Shown in pieces: positions 24,650 to 37,390 of a stretch of DNA of 64,000 nucleotides. The position numbers were made by a program, and so were the translations under genes. Below the pieces are notes generated by a model. That model was not told where the DNA came from. It did no database searches and was given only the letters and a program-made list of their open reading frames with translations. Source of the DNA: Chiloscyllium plagiosum (lineage: Eukaryota); contig NC_057754.1 in assembly GCF_004010195.1 (NCBI RefSeq), positions 9,381,524-9,445,523 on the forward strand, written 5' to 3'. Numbering within the stretch: position 1 is the stretch's first letter; each line of letters opens with the position of its first letter.

Positions 24650-25480
24650 TTTAATTCACTGGAGTGTAGGAGGTTGAGGGGTAATCTTTATAAAATCACG
24701 AGAGGCATGGGTAAGGTGAATAGCAAAGGTAATAGAGATGTACAGCACGGAAACAGACCCTTTGGTCCAACTTGTCCATGCTGACTATGTATCCGAACCT
24801 AATCTAATCCCATTTTTTAGCACTTGGGCCATATCCCTCTAAATCCTTCCTATTCATATACCCATCCAGATGCTTTTTGAGTGTTGTAATTGTACCATGT
24901 TCCACCACTTCCTCTGGCAGCTCATTCCATACACGCACCACCCTCTGCGTGAAAAAGTTGCCCCTTAGATCCCTTTTATATCTTTCCCCTCTTACCCTAA
25001 ACCTATGCCCTCTAGGTCTGGACTCCCTCACCCCAGGGAAAGTACTTTGTCAATTTACACTATCCATGCCCCTCATGACTTTATAACCCTCTATAAGGTC
25101 ACCTCTCAGCCTCTGACGCTCCAGGGAAAACAGTCCCAGCCTATTCAGCCTCTCCCTATAGCTCAAATCTTTCCCTTCGGGTTGAGGATTTCAAAACTAG
25201 AGGCCATAATTTTAAGGTGAGAGAAGAAGATTTAAAAGGGACTCGAGAGGCAACTTTTTCACACAGAGGGTGGCTGTTATAGGGAATGAACTGCCAAAGG
25301 AAGTAAGAAGTGCAGGTACTGTTACAACATTTGAAAGACATTTGGACACATAGATGAATAAGTTTAGAAGGATATGGGCCACATGCAGGCAAATGGGATG
25401 AGCTCAGTTTGGGAAACTTGGTCAGCATTGTTAAGTTGGAGCAAAGGGTCTGTTTCCATTCAGTATGACTCTGTGACTCC
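24650..25480. mobile_element. Nested CR1/HER1 3' ends
   Basis: A minus copy (24730-25168) is inserted in a plus copy; ORFs 24804..25031 and 25156..25491. Confidence 0.8.
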
Positions 25481-25689
25481 CTCGCAACCACTTGGGGAGG
25501 GAGAGATCAGTGTCACACATGCGCCCAAAGTAAGCAATGTTAACTACGAAATTTCTTCAAATGTCTTTTCATCAGAGCCAGGAAACCCTTCCCTCAGGAA
25601 ATTAACATGGGAGTTTTCCGTGCGGCCTGTTTGGTTTCCACGGCTCATCTTCACACAGCAATCCTACAAGAAGCGGTTTTCTGCTATGG

Positions 25690-27622
25690 GGATCAGCAAA
25701 GGCTTTATCCCCCTCCAGCCACGCATCAATGAATTTAATATGCATCGGGATGTCAAACACTTCTTCCACTGCTTCCGCCTCTGAGCTTACTTTTACAATC
25801 CCACCCACCTTCCGAAGACCCCTTCAATCGCCTCCAACACACTCCAAACCATCATCTCCCAGACCATCCAGAACCTCATCACCTCAGGAGATCTCCCACC
25901 TACAGCTTCCAACCTCGTAGTCCAGGAACCCCGCCCCGCCTGATTCTATCTCCTTCCCAAGATCCACAAGCCTGACCACCCGGCCGGCCCATTGTCTCAG
26001 CATGCTCCTGCCCCACCGAACTACCTTGATACTGTCCTATCCCCCCTAGTCAGGAACTCCCCACATATGTTCGAGACACCACCCACGCCCACCACCTCCT
26101 CCAAGACTTCCGTTCCCCCGGCCCCCAACGCCTCATCTTCACCATGGATATCCAATCCCTCTACACCTCCATCCGCCATGACCAGGGACTCCAAGCCCTC
26201 TGTTTCTTCCTCTCCCGACGTTTCTTCTTCCACCGACACTCTCACTTGTTTGGCTGAACTTGTCCTCACCTTTAACAATTCCTCCTTCGAATCCTCCCAC
26301 TTCCTCCAGACCAAAGGGGTAGCCATGGGCACCCGTATGGGCCCCAGCTCAGCCTGTCTCTTTGTTGGCTACATAGATCAGTCCATCTTCCATAGTTACA
26401 CCAGCACCATTCCCCACCTCTTCCTCTGCTATATTGATGACTGCATTGGCGCCACCTCGTGCTCCCGCGAGGAGGTTGAGCAATTCATCAACTTCACCAA
26501 CACATTCCACCCTGACCTTAAATTTACCTGGACCAACTCAGACACCTCCCTCCCCTTCCTGAACCTCACCATCTCCATTAATGACAACTCCCCTTCCTGG
26601 ACCTCTCCATCTCCATCAGTGACGACCGACTTGACACTGACATTTTCTACAAACCCACCGACTCCCACAGCTACCTGGATTACACCTCTTCCCACCCTAC
26701 CTCTTGCAAAAATGCCATCCCGTATTCCCAATTCCTCCGCCTCCGCCGTATCTGCTCCCAGGAGGAGCGGTTCCACCATAGAACACACCAGATGGCCTCC
26801 TTCTTTAAAGACCGCAATTTCCCTTCCCACGTGGTCAAAGATGCCCTCCAACGCATCTCATCCACATCCCGCACCTCCGCCCCCAGACCCAACCCCTCCA
26901 ACCGCAACAAGGACAGAACGCCCCTGGTGCACACCTTCCACCCTACCAACCTTCGCATAAACCAAATCATCCGCCAACATTTCCGCCACCTCCAAACAGA
27001 CACCACCACCAGGGATATATTTCCCTCCCCACACCTTTCCGTCTATCGCAAAGATCGTTCCCTCCGTGACTACCTGGTCAGGGCCACGCCCCTATAAGCC
27101 ACCCTCCCATTCTGGCACCTTCCCCTGCCACCGCAGGAANNNNNNNNNNNNNNNNNNNNNNNNNNNNNNNNNNNNNNNNNNNNNNNNNNNNNNNNNNNNN
27201 NNNNNNNNNNNNNNNNNNNNNNNNNNNNNNNNNNNNNNNNNNNNNNNNNNNNNNNNNNNNNNNNNNNNNNNNNNNNNNNNNNNNNNNNNNNNNNNNNNNN
27301 NNNNNNNNNNNNNNNNNNNNNNNNNNNNNNNNNNNNNNNNNNNNNNNNNNNNNNNNNNNNNNNNNNNNNNNNNNNNNNNNNNNNNNNNNNNNNNNNNNNN
27401 NNNNNNNNNNNNNGTACTCTATGCTACTTTCTCCCCACCCTCACCCTCCTCTCATTTATCTCTCCACCCTGGAGGCTTTCTGCCTCTATTCCTGATGAAG
27501 GGCTTTTGCCCGAAACGTCGATTTTCCTGCTCCTCTGATGCTGCCTGACCTGCTGTGCTTTTCCAGCACCACTCTGATCTAAACTCTGGTTTCCAGCATC
27601 TGCAGTCCTCACTTTTGCCTGG
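25690..27622 (+). mobile_element. Penelope-like retroelement (Neptune-type), RT-bearing, decayed
   Basis: SKG.FIP..PRINEF, LPKIHKP..PGRPIVS, FLQTKGVAMGTRMGP, YIDD, IPYSQFLRLRRICS, GTFPC. The terminus after the gap carries a hammerhead at 27488-27523. Confidence 0.9.
27140..27413. other. Assembly gap (N run)
   Basis: Run of N. Confidence 1.
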
Positions 27623-28339
27623 TTTTCTGCTAGGGCCGAGCAGCTGCTACAATCTGACATGACTGTCCCAGATCAGTGGAATCCCAGCAAAGCACTTGGT
27701 CAGTTCCACTCTCAATGGACCGGGGCTGCAGGGCTGCACAGAGTTCACATGGGAAGGCAGGGTGAAACATCGGCCATGGATTTTTCACTCAAGATCAGAG
27801 TGAATTTCCTGGAATCAGACTGGTAAAGTTGAATATGAAAGTTTTGCTGCAATTGTGTTAGTTTTAGTGAGCACACAAATAGAATTTGGTGCAGTAATGA
27901 TCTCCTAAACCAGGGAGGGAAATACTTGCCTTCGAAGCCATCTCAGGAATGTTTACTGGATCCATTCCAGGGATGAGGGGACTGTCCTCCAGTAGCAACA
28001 CACCTTAAACATGTGAGACAAGAGAATGCCTTCGTTAATAAATGAATCTTTCGGTAGTGTTTAGTTTCGGGACATGATCCACAAAGCAGACACGAACGTA
28101 TAAATTATAGAGTCATAGAGATGTACAGCATGGAAACAGACCCTTCCATACACGTACCACCCTCTGTGTGAAAAAGTTGCCCCTTAGGTCTCTTTTATAT
28201 CTTTCCCCTCTCACCCTAAACCTATGCCCTCTAGTTCTGGACTCCCCCACCCCAGGGAAAATACTTTGTCTATTTACCCCATCCATGCCCCTCATGATAT
28301 TATGAACCTCTTCAAGGTCACCTCTCAACTTCCGCTTTG

Positions 28340-30087
28340 GAGTGAAGAACCAAATCCAGTTGATTCTGATTTTAATGTTCCTCAAATTAAACTGGGTAAT
28401 GAGGGAGCTCTCAAATATTGGGATAAATTATTCAGTTTCCTTCCAGAGGAGAATCAAAATTACCTGGAAGAGTTATTACTATCACATGGAGAGTTATGTG
28501 GGAATAAGCTGGGAAGTACTAACATGATTACGCATGATGTAGAAATAGGAAATGCTGTTCCAATTAAGCAACATCTTTATAGACTTAACCCTCTAACATT
28601 GGCACAGGTTCAGAAAGAGATTGAAAGCATGCTCACATGAGATGTGATCAAAGTGAGTTGCAATGAATGGAGCTCAACCATAATGATGGTGCCAAAACCA
28701 AATGGTATGTATTGATTATAGCAAACTCAATGCAGTTATGAAGTCTGATTCATATCCTATTGCATGGCTGGAAGACTATATTGAGAAGGTAGGACAAGAA
28801 ACTTATATTTTGAAGCTGAACTTATTTGAGGGGTACTTCATCTGAGAGCACGAAGGAAATTTCAGCATTTGTGACACCAAATGGACTTTCCTCGCATAAA
28901 GTTATACCACGTGGTTTGTAAAATACACCAACTACTTTTCAAAGAAGAGAAAATGAGGTCTGCAGATGCTGGAGATCAGAGATGGAAATGTGTTGCTGGA
29001 GAAGCGCAGCAGGTCAGGCAGCATCTAGGGAACAGGAGAATCGACGTTTCGGGCATTAGCCCTTCTTCAGGAATGAGGAAACTACTTTTCAAAGACTAAT
29101 CAAAAAAGGTCATTTTGGGATTACCCAAATGTGTGGTGTACATGGATGGTCTGGCGATTTTTAATCACACATAGAAGAAACATTTGGAGCATCTATCAAA
29201 ATTGTTTGATCAAATACAGAAGGCGGGCTTGGTGATAAACCTGGTTAAGAGGGAGTTTGCAAAAGTCCAAGTCACGTTCCTAAGCCATATCATTGGACAT
29301 GGATAAATGTCCCCTTGGGATGTGAAAACAGAGAGTATTGGGGAGTTTCCCATATCATTGATGAAAAGGGAAGTGCTACAATCCCTGGGACTGAATGGTT
29401 TTTAATCAAAAATTCATACCAAAGTTTAGCAGTGACGTTACTCCATTGACAGAGTTGTTGAAGAAGTGCAGAAAATTTCAGAGGATGGTAGAACATCAGA
29501 AGGCATTTGACAGCCTGTGTTAACGACAGCCTCAGTGTTAGCCACATCTAATTACAAATGGCAAAGCCATTCAAGGTGGCTATCGATATGAGGGATTTGG
29601 ATACTGGTGCAGTACTCTTGCAAGAAGACAATGAGAAAGTCGAAAGACCTTTTGGAGATTTTTCCAGAAAGTTGAATATTCATCAACAGAAATATTCCAC
29701 AATTGGGAAGCTCTTGAGTTTGATGTTGATGTCACAACATTTCAATATTTATGTTGTCAATAAATGTGTCTGGGACAATTGTACTTCTATTGATCAAAAC
29801 GCCTTAACATTTTTGGAAAATTTTAAAGGTTAAAATACCTAGATAATTCAGATGAAGTTCATTGTTCCAGTCATTTCATTTGAAAATTAAACACATGGCA
29901 GGAGAATTACCGATACATTCTCATGAAGGAAAACAAAGGTGTTCAGTGGTGGAAGAAATGGACTGTAATATTGAATATTTGCATTAGTCAATGTATATGT
30001 ATTGTAGTGTACTAATTGTGTACGACTAAAGATCTTTTTAAATTATGCCATCTTTGTTTATTGTGGTTCATTCTTTTCAGGGAGAAG
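28340..30087 (+). mobile_element. Gypsy (Gmr1-like) LTR retrotransposon internal remnant: RT and RNase H
   Basis: ITHDV.IGNAVPIKQHLYRLNP...EIESML, then KPFKVAID....GAVLLQ...FSRKLN.HQQKYSTI. No integrase lies between RNase H and the purine tract (30079-30087). Confidence 0.8.
28946..29079 (-). mobile_element. 134-bp hammerhead-bearing Penelope-terminus insert, 16-bp TSD
   Basis: TSD AACTACTTTTCAAAGA at 28930-28945 and 29080-29095; core CTGAAGA..GAAACGTC on the minus strand. Confidence 0.88.
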
Positions 30088-30722
30088 TGAAGCTGCTATG
30101 GCTTTGAGGGGTGCATTTTGTCTTTTTGATTCAGAGAGGTTTTGAGCCAGGAGTATCGAGTTGTCTCTTCAAAACCAACAAAGTAAACAGCTGGTGAGGC
30201 CCTGGGTTTTTTTAAAAAACTTGAAACAAGTGGCATCAGGCTCCCATAGAACCATGATTTTAACTTAGTTTTTAATTGTTGGGGTTTTGAAGTTGGCTGT
30301 GGAAGCTGTTTCATCATTCTCTGTCAGAGCAGATAGCTGGAGTTCGCTTTCGCTGCCAGAATTTTCTGTTGGTGTTCTATTCTCCTGGACTGGAAAAAAA
30401 AACACTGCCTGTGAGACAGTCTATTTTACTGAATTTGCTTTTGCCAAGGGAGTGTTTATGGGATATTACCATCTTGGAACAGTTGCTGTTTAGCGGTTAA
30501 ATAATCTACCATTCTGTTAAACTTATACAAATTCTTCTTTATTTCCTTTGTATTTTCACTGGGTTTAAGAATGACACGTATTTTTATTAAAGTAAAGTAA
30601 TGTGACTAATCGAATTTAATCTGGAACACAGCACCTTACACGTGTCTTTAAATAAGATGTAAAGCTAAGGTCTAGGCTGTATCCTCAACACATTTGAAGG
30701 GGGTTTGGTCTGCTCCATAACA
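30088..30722 (+). mobile_element. 3' LTR of the Gmr1-like element
   Basis: Starts with TG right after the purine tract AGGGAGAAG, ends in CCATAACA, and contains an ATTAAA-type signal. Confidence 0.6.
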
Positions 30723-30871
30723 ATAGCCTGTTCCCCAGATGGCTCCAGAACTTACTAATCTTAAAACTTGTCTCCAATGTGGACCAGTAAAAAAAAGAAT
30801 CTGGAAATCAGATTCACGGTCCACACAAAGATTGAAGTCACCCGTGATTATTATGGTTTCTAATATACATA

Positions 30872-31167
30872 GGAGAAAGTGAGGTCTGCAGATGCTGGAG
30901 ATCAGAGCTGGAAATGTGTTGCTGGAAAAGCGCAACAGGTCAGGCAGCATCCAAGGAACAGGAGAATCGACGTTTCAGGCATAAGCCCTTCTTCAGGAAG
31001 GAAAGTTTGTCCAGCAGGCTAAGATAAAAGGTAGGGAGGAGGGACTTGGGGGAGGGGCGTCGGAAATGTGATAGGTGGAAGAGGTCAAAGTGAGGGTGAT
31101 AGGTCAGACTGGGGTGGGGGCAACGTCGATTCTCCTGTTCCCTGGATGCTGCCTGACCTGCTGCGCT
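30872..31167 (-). mobile_element. Fold-back Penelope-terminus insert, 15-bp TSD
   Basis: TSD TTTCTAATATACATA at 30857-30871 and 31168-31182; an inverted partial terminus at 31122-31167. Confidence 0.85.
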
Positions 31168-31589
31168 TTTCTAATATACATACCTCATTAACTCTTCCTG
31201 TAGGCTCTGTCCTACACCGAAATACTCTTAGGAGGCTCATAAGTTATTACCAGCATTTTTCTTGCTTCTGCTGCTGTATCACCAACAAATAAACTCAGCG
31301 AATTCCTGTCCTTGTCAATCTCCTTGTTTATTGATGAAGTTTCTATCGATATGCTTGTGAAATATTGTCTTGCCTGATAATTAAATTTCAAAATGAGGAT
31401 GCTGCTGTGAAGAATATCAGTAAGAATTGCCAGCAAAGATTCATCAGCACCTTCGAATCGGAAATTCTTATCCTTCAGTACAGTCTTCACATCTCCATGA
31501 TTTCTCCATTGCAGCTCTGCCCTTGTCTCTATGCACACTGGATTACCAGGTTAAATGTTACACACACACACACACATACACATACACAC

Positions 31590-31872
31590 ACACGCTTTTT
31601 CCCTGCTGTTGTCTTTCACAATGTGTAACTGGTTCAAACTCTTTCCACAGTCAGAGCAGTGAAACACTTTCTCCGTGATATATGCACTTCGGCGGTTTTT
31701 CAGTCACAATGCTGTTTCAGGTCTGTCCCCACAGACAGAACGAACACACAGTTCTCCTTCTGTGTTCCAAAGCTGGAGACATTCTGTCCCTGACGAGTCA
31801 AGTGAATCTGTCAGATCTTGATGTGATCCTTGTGTTAGGTTTTCTGTCTTTAAATCCTCCCTTTCTCATACC
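31590..31872 (-). pseudogene. Truncated C2H2 zinc-finger pseudo-exon
   Basis: Same acceptor/leader module as the ZNF genes (GCAG|GGTATGAGAAAGGGAGGATTT), then EGELCVRSVCG..* and EKVFHCSDCGKSLNQLH, breaking off at a (TG)n tract. Confidence 0.65.
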
Positions 31873-31974
31873 CTGCAAGCAGAGTGTGGAAAAATCATCC
31901 CTGGAAGTTCAGAAATTCAGGACAGGCAACGCCTGTCTGTATTCAAAATGCTTTGCTGTATTTAGATTTTTTAA

Positions 31975-32120
31975 AATTAGATTCTCTACAGTGTGGAAAC
32001 AGGCCCTTCGGCCCAACCAGTCCACACCGACCCTCCAAAGAGTAACCCACCCAGACGCATTTACCCTCTGACTAATGCACCTAACACTTTGGGCAATTTA
32101 GCGTGGCCGATCCACCCTGA
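31975..32120 (-). mobile_element. HE1-type SINE 3' half
   Basis: CAGTGTGGAAACAGGCCCTTCGGCCC tail in reverse orientation. Confidence 0.8.
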
Positions 32121-32914
32121 CTTTATCATTGTACTTCAGCCTAAAATGTCCAACCCAACATACTCTTTCTCTTTCCTCTGCTGAAATCTGAACCTACTCC
32201 ACCAAGATCGTTATTTCTTTCCTCTTCTGTTAGTTTTCTCACCCCCCTCTTCCTGCGTTCAATTCTCCAGCTTCTGTGTTCAATTCAACCATCATTTACT
32301 GCCAGGAAGTATGGCGAGATTTAACTGGCGCATTCAAGAAAGCATTAAATAATGACTTGCCCAGCAACAAGATGAAAGGGCATGGAGGAAAGGCAAGAGA
32401 ATGTCAGTAAGCCAGAACGCTCATTTGGAGAGCAAGCTAAGAGACTATGGGGGAAATGAAGTTTTCCTGTGCCACAACATCTCTGTAATCCTCGCACTGT
32501 TGGGAGTGTACATAAAGAAAGAATACAACATGAGGCAATATTTTAGAAACCATCGCATGTGGATAACAAAGATAATGTACAATTATAAACTTTTTTTTGA
32601 AAAAGTATAAACAAATCTTAGAGAATAAACGTGTTAACGTTATAGAAGAGCAAAGCAATGTCTGTGTTCACTCGCACAATGGCTTTGGATGTTCGCACCC
32701 AGATAATACACACAGTGAAATTGAAATTCTGTTAGATTGGACGACTCTATCAGATCCTATGCAACATTGTTTGAAGATCCTGACTGAAAATCCTCCCAAT
32801 TCTCTGGAATCTGCAGCCTGGAACTCAGAGTGGGGCTAAAAAGGCAGAGAGTCTAATATATGTGCAGTCTCGCACACATAAATACAGTGTAGTCCATATA
32901 AATAGTCTAACACA

Positions 32915-33714
32915 GAGTTTAATTTAGATAAATGCGAGGTGCTGCATTTTGGGAAAGCAAATCTTAGCAGGACTTATACACTTAATAGTTAAGGTCCTGG
33001 GGAGTGTTGCTGAACAAAGAGCCCTTGGAGTGCAGGTTCATAGTCCCTTGAAAGTAAAGTCGCAGGTAGATAGGATAGTGAGGAAGGAGTTTGATATGCT
33101 TTCCTTTATTGGTCAGAGTATTGAGTACAGGAATTGGGAGGTCATGTTGCGGCTGTCCAGGACATTGGTTAGGCCACTATTGGAAAATTGTGTGCAATTC
33201 TGGTTTCCTTCCTATTGGAAAGATGTTGTAAAACTTGAAAGGTTCAGAAAAGATTTACAAGGATGTTGCCAGGGTTGGAGGATTTGAGCTACAAAGAGAG
33301 GCTGAACAGGCCGGGGGCTGTTTTCCCTGGAGCATCGGAGGCTGAGGGGTGATCTTATAGAGGTTTACAAAATCATGAGGGGCATGGATAGGATAAATAG
33401 ACAAAGTCTTTTCCCTGGGGTGGGAGAGTCCAAACTAGAGGGCATAGGTTTAGGATGAAAGGGGAAAGATATAAAAGAGACCTAAAAGCAGAGGGTGGTA
33501 TGTGTATGGAATCAGCTGGCAGAGGAAGTGGTGGAGGCTGGTACAATTGCAACATTTAAAAGGCATCTGGATGGGTATATGAATAGGAAGGGTTTGGAGG
33601 GATATGGGCTGAGTGCTGGCAGGTGGGACTAGATGGGGCTGGGGTATCTGGTCAGCATGGGTGAGTTGGACTGAAGGGTCTGTTTCCGTGCTGTACATCC
33701 CTCTGACTCTATGA
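32915..33714 (+). mobile_element. CR1/HER1 3' end
   Basis: ORF 32949..33287 and tail GAAGGGTCTGTTTCCGTGCTGTACATC. Confidence 0.9.
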
Positions 33715-33787
33715 CATGCAAATACAGTTTAATACACACAAGTATAATGAAACTCTCAATAATCCACAATCTCGCTATTACCAAGTG

Positions 33788-34170
33788 ATGATTTGGAGGT
33801 GCCGGTGTTGGACTGGGGCTTACAAATTAAAAATCACACAACATCTGGTTATAATCCAACAGATTTATTTGGAAGCACTCGCTTTCGGAGCCCTGCTCCT
33901 TCATCAGGTGATTGTGGAATATAAGATCGGAAGACAGAATTGATAGCAAAAGTTTATAGTGTGATGCAACTGAAATTATATATTGATAAACAATCCAGAT
34001 TTTTTTCAATATATAACTTCAGTTGCATCACACTGTAAATTTTTGCTATAAATTCTATGTATTACAATCTTATATTCCTGAACCATCTGATGAAGGAGGA
34101 GCACTCCGAAAGCTAAAGCTTTCAAATATACCTGTTGGACCATAACCAGATGTTGTGCGATTTTTAACAT
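33788..34170. mobile_element. Fold-back Penelope-terminus insert (second family)
   Basis: Opposed hammerhead cores at ~33876-33910(-) and ~34084-34116(+); flanked by TTACCAAGTGA / TTATCAAGTGA. Confidence 0.75.
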
Positions 34171-34299
34171 TTATCAAGTGAGTGAGACGGAATTTCTGAA
34201 CGTTCCCCCCACGTAATCTCAGTAAAACCTCCCTAGAGGGAAAAGAAAACTCCTGCTTTCCATCTGCAAATTCCGCTAAAAGAAGTTTACAAAAGCCAT

Positions 34300-34720
34300 C
34301 CGTGGACGCCTAGGTCAGAAATTCATGATTTCACCTCCTGTTTCCTGAGCCTTACTGGGAGCGGTACTTCCCTGGCCCCAGTGACTCTCTGGAGCCAGTT
34401 TGCATCTGCCCACTTCAGGACCGCACCGCCCCCGTGTCTGACTGACGCCACAGTGTGCAATAGCAAAGTAAGGTGGAACTGGACACCATCGGATGGTCCT
34501 CCAGCCAATCAAGTCCTACAAAGAGACCACGTGCTCTTCTCGCCACCATCCCCCCACCCCCAGGATCCTTGGAGTTTCAGGAGGGGGAGACGATAACAGC
34601 CAAGTGCACTAACGGAACCAGGGAGAGGATACATAAATACCCGGAGGGCATCCAGACCAAAGTTAGAGTCTCCAGCTCCCGCGTTTGCAACAGACGGCGG
34701 TACCGTCAAACAGGTTGTGA
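34300..34720. promoter_or_regulatory. Putative bidirectional promoter / first exons for ZNF 36034(+) and pseudo-ZNF 31872(-)
   Basis: Local GC/CpG enrichment; GC box 34426-34432, CCAAT 34505-34509, E-box CACGTG 34528-34533; minus-strand donor GTAAGG at 34355-34350. Confidence 0.45.
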
Positions 34721-35512
34721 CCATTCTTCCTTCCTCAGTTGTGTTAGGAGGGGACTTACACCCAGCAAACTCGGACAACAGCAATGATTGTCTGTTCTGA
34801 AGTTTTAACCTTGAACTGACAGCGCCTCTCTTTGTCAACCAATTCAAACATCAGCACGACTGGGAATGGGGAAGGGCCAAATCAAGGAGGGATTGGTAAA
34901 CAGTAGTGAGAGTTTTAATTGAGGAGCTGTTTGACTTAGATACTGTGCAGGCTAGTAAGGGCAGTGATGACTGGGGAGTGAACAAGCCTCAGCTAATTAT
35001 ATGGGCATATGATGGAAAAATGTACAGACCTGTGAAAAAATGATAAATTTTGATCTCTGTATGTACATGTTTACATATGTATGGCATGACCAACTGTACA
35101 GACCATCAAATTATTTTATGAATAAAGTATATTTTTGAAATAAAAAAAGACTATGGATATAGTCAGAGGAGATTCACATCATCTCAAGTTTCAGATTGAA
35201 ATGGCTGGTCTGGGAGACAGAGTTGTTCTGTATTCAGAAGCTCAGCTGGAGATCAGATATCAGAGCTGTGACCAGGCTGGTTCAGCCTCGGTTGGCAACA
35301 AGAGGGAAAGAGTCAGTGACTACAGATTGAAGACAATGGTTTCATTCTTTGAAATACTAAAACAGGATAAATTTCTGCTCCTCTACAATGGATGACACGG
35401 AAGTCAGGAAGGTGGGTGACTTGGGAGGTGGCAGTGGTTTACATACATCTGCCAACCTGATCCTTTTGCGTGGTTGAATTTGAAAAGGGTTGGGAGATTC
35501 TGATTGAATTTG

Positions 35513-35640
35513 GGAGAAAGTGAGGACTGCAGATGCTGGAGATCAGAGTCGAAGGGTGTGGTGCTGGAAAAGCCGGTCAGGCAGCATCCGAGGAGCAGGA
35601 GAGTTGAGCAGTTTCGGGCATAAGCCCTTCATCAGGAATC
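35513..35640 (-). mobile_element. Short hammerhead-bearing Penelope-terminus insert
   Basis: GTTTCGGGCATAAGCCCTTCATCAGGAAT at 35611-35639. Confidence 0.8.
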
Positions 35641-36033
35641 CTGATTAACACTGTTTTTGCCAAGTGTCTCTATTGCAACAGTCTTATTTTCTCTCTCCTC
35701 CCATTGAGACCAGACTCCTATGGTAGGACCAGGTGACAGGTTCCCTTCCCTGATGGTCATTTGTGAACCAGTTAGCTTTTTGTGACAATTCTACTAGCTT
35801 TTTATGGTCATTTTTCCTTATGTTCATCACGCAAGTTACTGAATTCATTGAGTTTAACAGTCTGCCTTTGTGTTTTTGCAGGTTCACTCACACATATTTT
35901 CTGTTTTCAATCTATTTCACAGGGTTTTAGAAAAGGAGGGTTTGCAGTAAGAAAACAGAAACTTGACCTCACATCCGGATCAAAAGGAGTCACCTGATTT
36001 ACTGTAACTGGAATATTATCGTGGGTTTTTAAC

Positions 36034-36825
36034 ATGGAAACCAAAATCACAGTTGACAATGGGGAGAAACCGTACACGTGTGGTTTGTCTGGACGAGGGT
36101 TCAGTCAGTCGCCTTACCTGTCAGAATATGAATGCAGCCATCTTAGGGAGAAACCATGGAAATGTGGGGACTGCGGGAAGGGATTCAGTTACCCAGTTCA
36201 GTTGGAAATTCATCAGCGCAGTCACACTGGGGAGAGACCATTCACCTGTACAGAGTGTGGGAAGGGATTCTCTACCTCGTCTCACCTGCTCACACACCAA
36301 CGCATTCACACTGGGAATAGGCCGTTCACTTGCTGTGTGTGTGGGAAGGGATTCACTCAGTCATCCAACCTGTTAACACACCAGCGGCTTCACACTGGAG
36401 AGAGACCATTTTCCTGCTCCGTGTGTGGGAAGGGATTCACCATTTCAGCTCACTTACTGAGACACCAGCGGGTTCACACTGACGAGAGACCTTTTAAATG
36501 CCCAGACTGCGGCAACCACTATAAAAGTTCTGGGGAACTGATGTCCCATCAACGTGTTCACACTGACGAGAGACCCTTCAGGTGCTCTCACTGTGGAGCT
36601 GGGTTCAAGCAATCATCTGACCTCACTGTGCATCAACGTACTCACACGGGGGAGAGACCATTCACCTGCTCCACGTGTGGGAAAAGATTCAATCAGACAT
36701 GCACCCTTCTGAGACACCAGCGAGTTCACACTGGGGAGAGACCTTTTAATTGCACCGAGTGTGGGAAGAGATTTGGTCGTTCCTCTACCCTACTGAGACA
36801 CCAGCTAGTTCACAAGAAATTATAG
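36034..36825 (+). CDS. C2H2 zinc-finger protein, 263 aa (8 intact and 1 degenerate finger, no KRAB/SCAN)
   Basis: Tandem CxxC..HxxxH with TGERP linkers; ATG in AACATGG context; splice acceptor TTTCACAG at 35915-35922. Confidence 0.9.
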   Translation: METKITVDNGEKPYTCGLSGRGFSQSPYLSEYECSHLREKPWKCGDCGKGFSYPVQLEIHQRSHTGERPFTCTECGKGFSTSSHLLTHQRIHTGNRPFTCCVCGKGFTQSSNLLTHQRLHTGERPFSCSVCGKGFTISAHLLRHQRVHTDERPFKCPDCGNHYKSSGELMSHQRVHTDERPFRCSHCGAGFKQSSDLTVHQRTHTGERPFTCSTCGKRFNQTCTLLRHQRVHTGERPFNCTECGKRFGRSSTLLRHQLVHKKL

Positions 36826-37059
36826 TGACTGGACTTCTACCAACACAAACAGAAATATGTACATGAAGGTATGTTCGGGCTGACATTCACTTATTGTGGT
36901 CAATACTCTGATAAAAAGCAAGTAAAATCAGCTTGATATGAAACCCGGCTTGGTTACTCTTTGTAATCTATCTTCACATCCATTCAAGTTGAAATCATAG
37001 AAATTCTGTCACTAAGATTGGGACCCACTTAACACCTTCAACATTCACTCACTACAAAT

Positions 37060-37390
37060 GCACAGTGTGTACCACCTGCCAAAATGCATTGCAGCAACTC
37101 ACCAAAGCTCCTCAGACAACACCTTACAAAACTGCAGCTTCTGCCACCCAGAGGGAGAACAGCAGCAGATGCCAGTTCCTGTCCAAGCCACACAACCTGA
37201 CTTGGAAAGATATTGACCTTTCCATTGCTGAGTCAAAATCTTGGAACTCTCTCCTAGAACAGCACAAATGTTTTACCTATAACCCTCTGAACTACAGCAG
37301 TTGAAGCCAGTTCACGATCACCTTTTTCTGGGCAATTAAGGATTGGCAATGATGCTGGCCTAGTCAGCAATGCAATAGTCTGTGAATGAA
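37060..37390 (+). mobile_element. Old CR1/L2-clade LINE 3' fragment
   Basis: Similar to the fragments at 39200-40310, 57545-58050 and 60570-61100. Confidence 0.55.
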
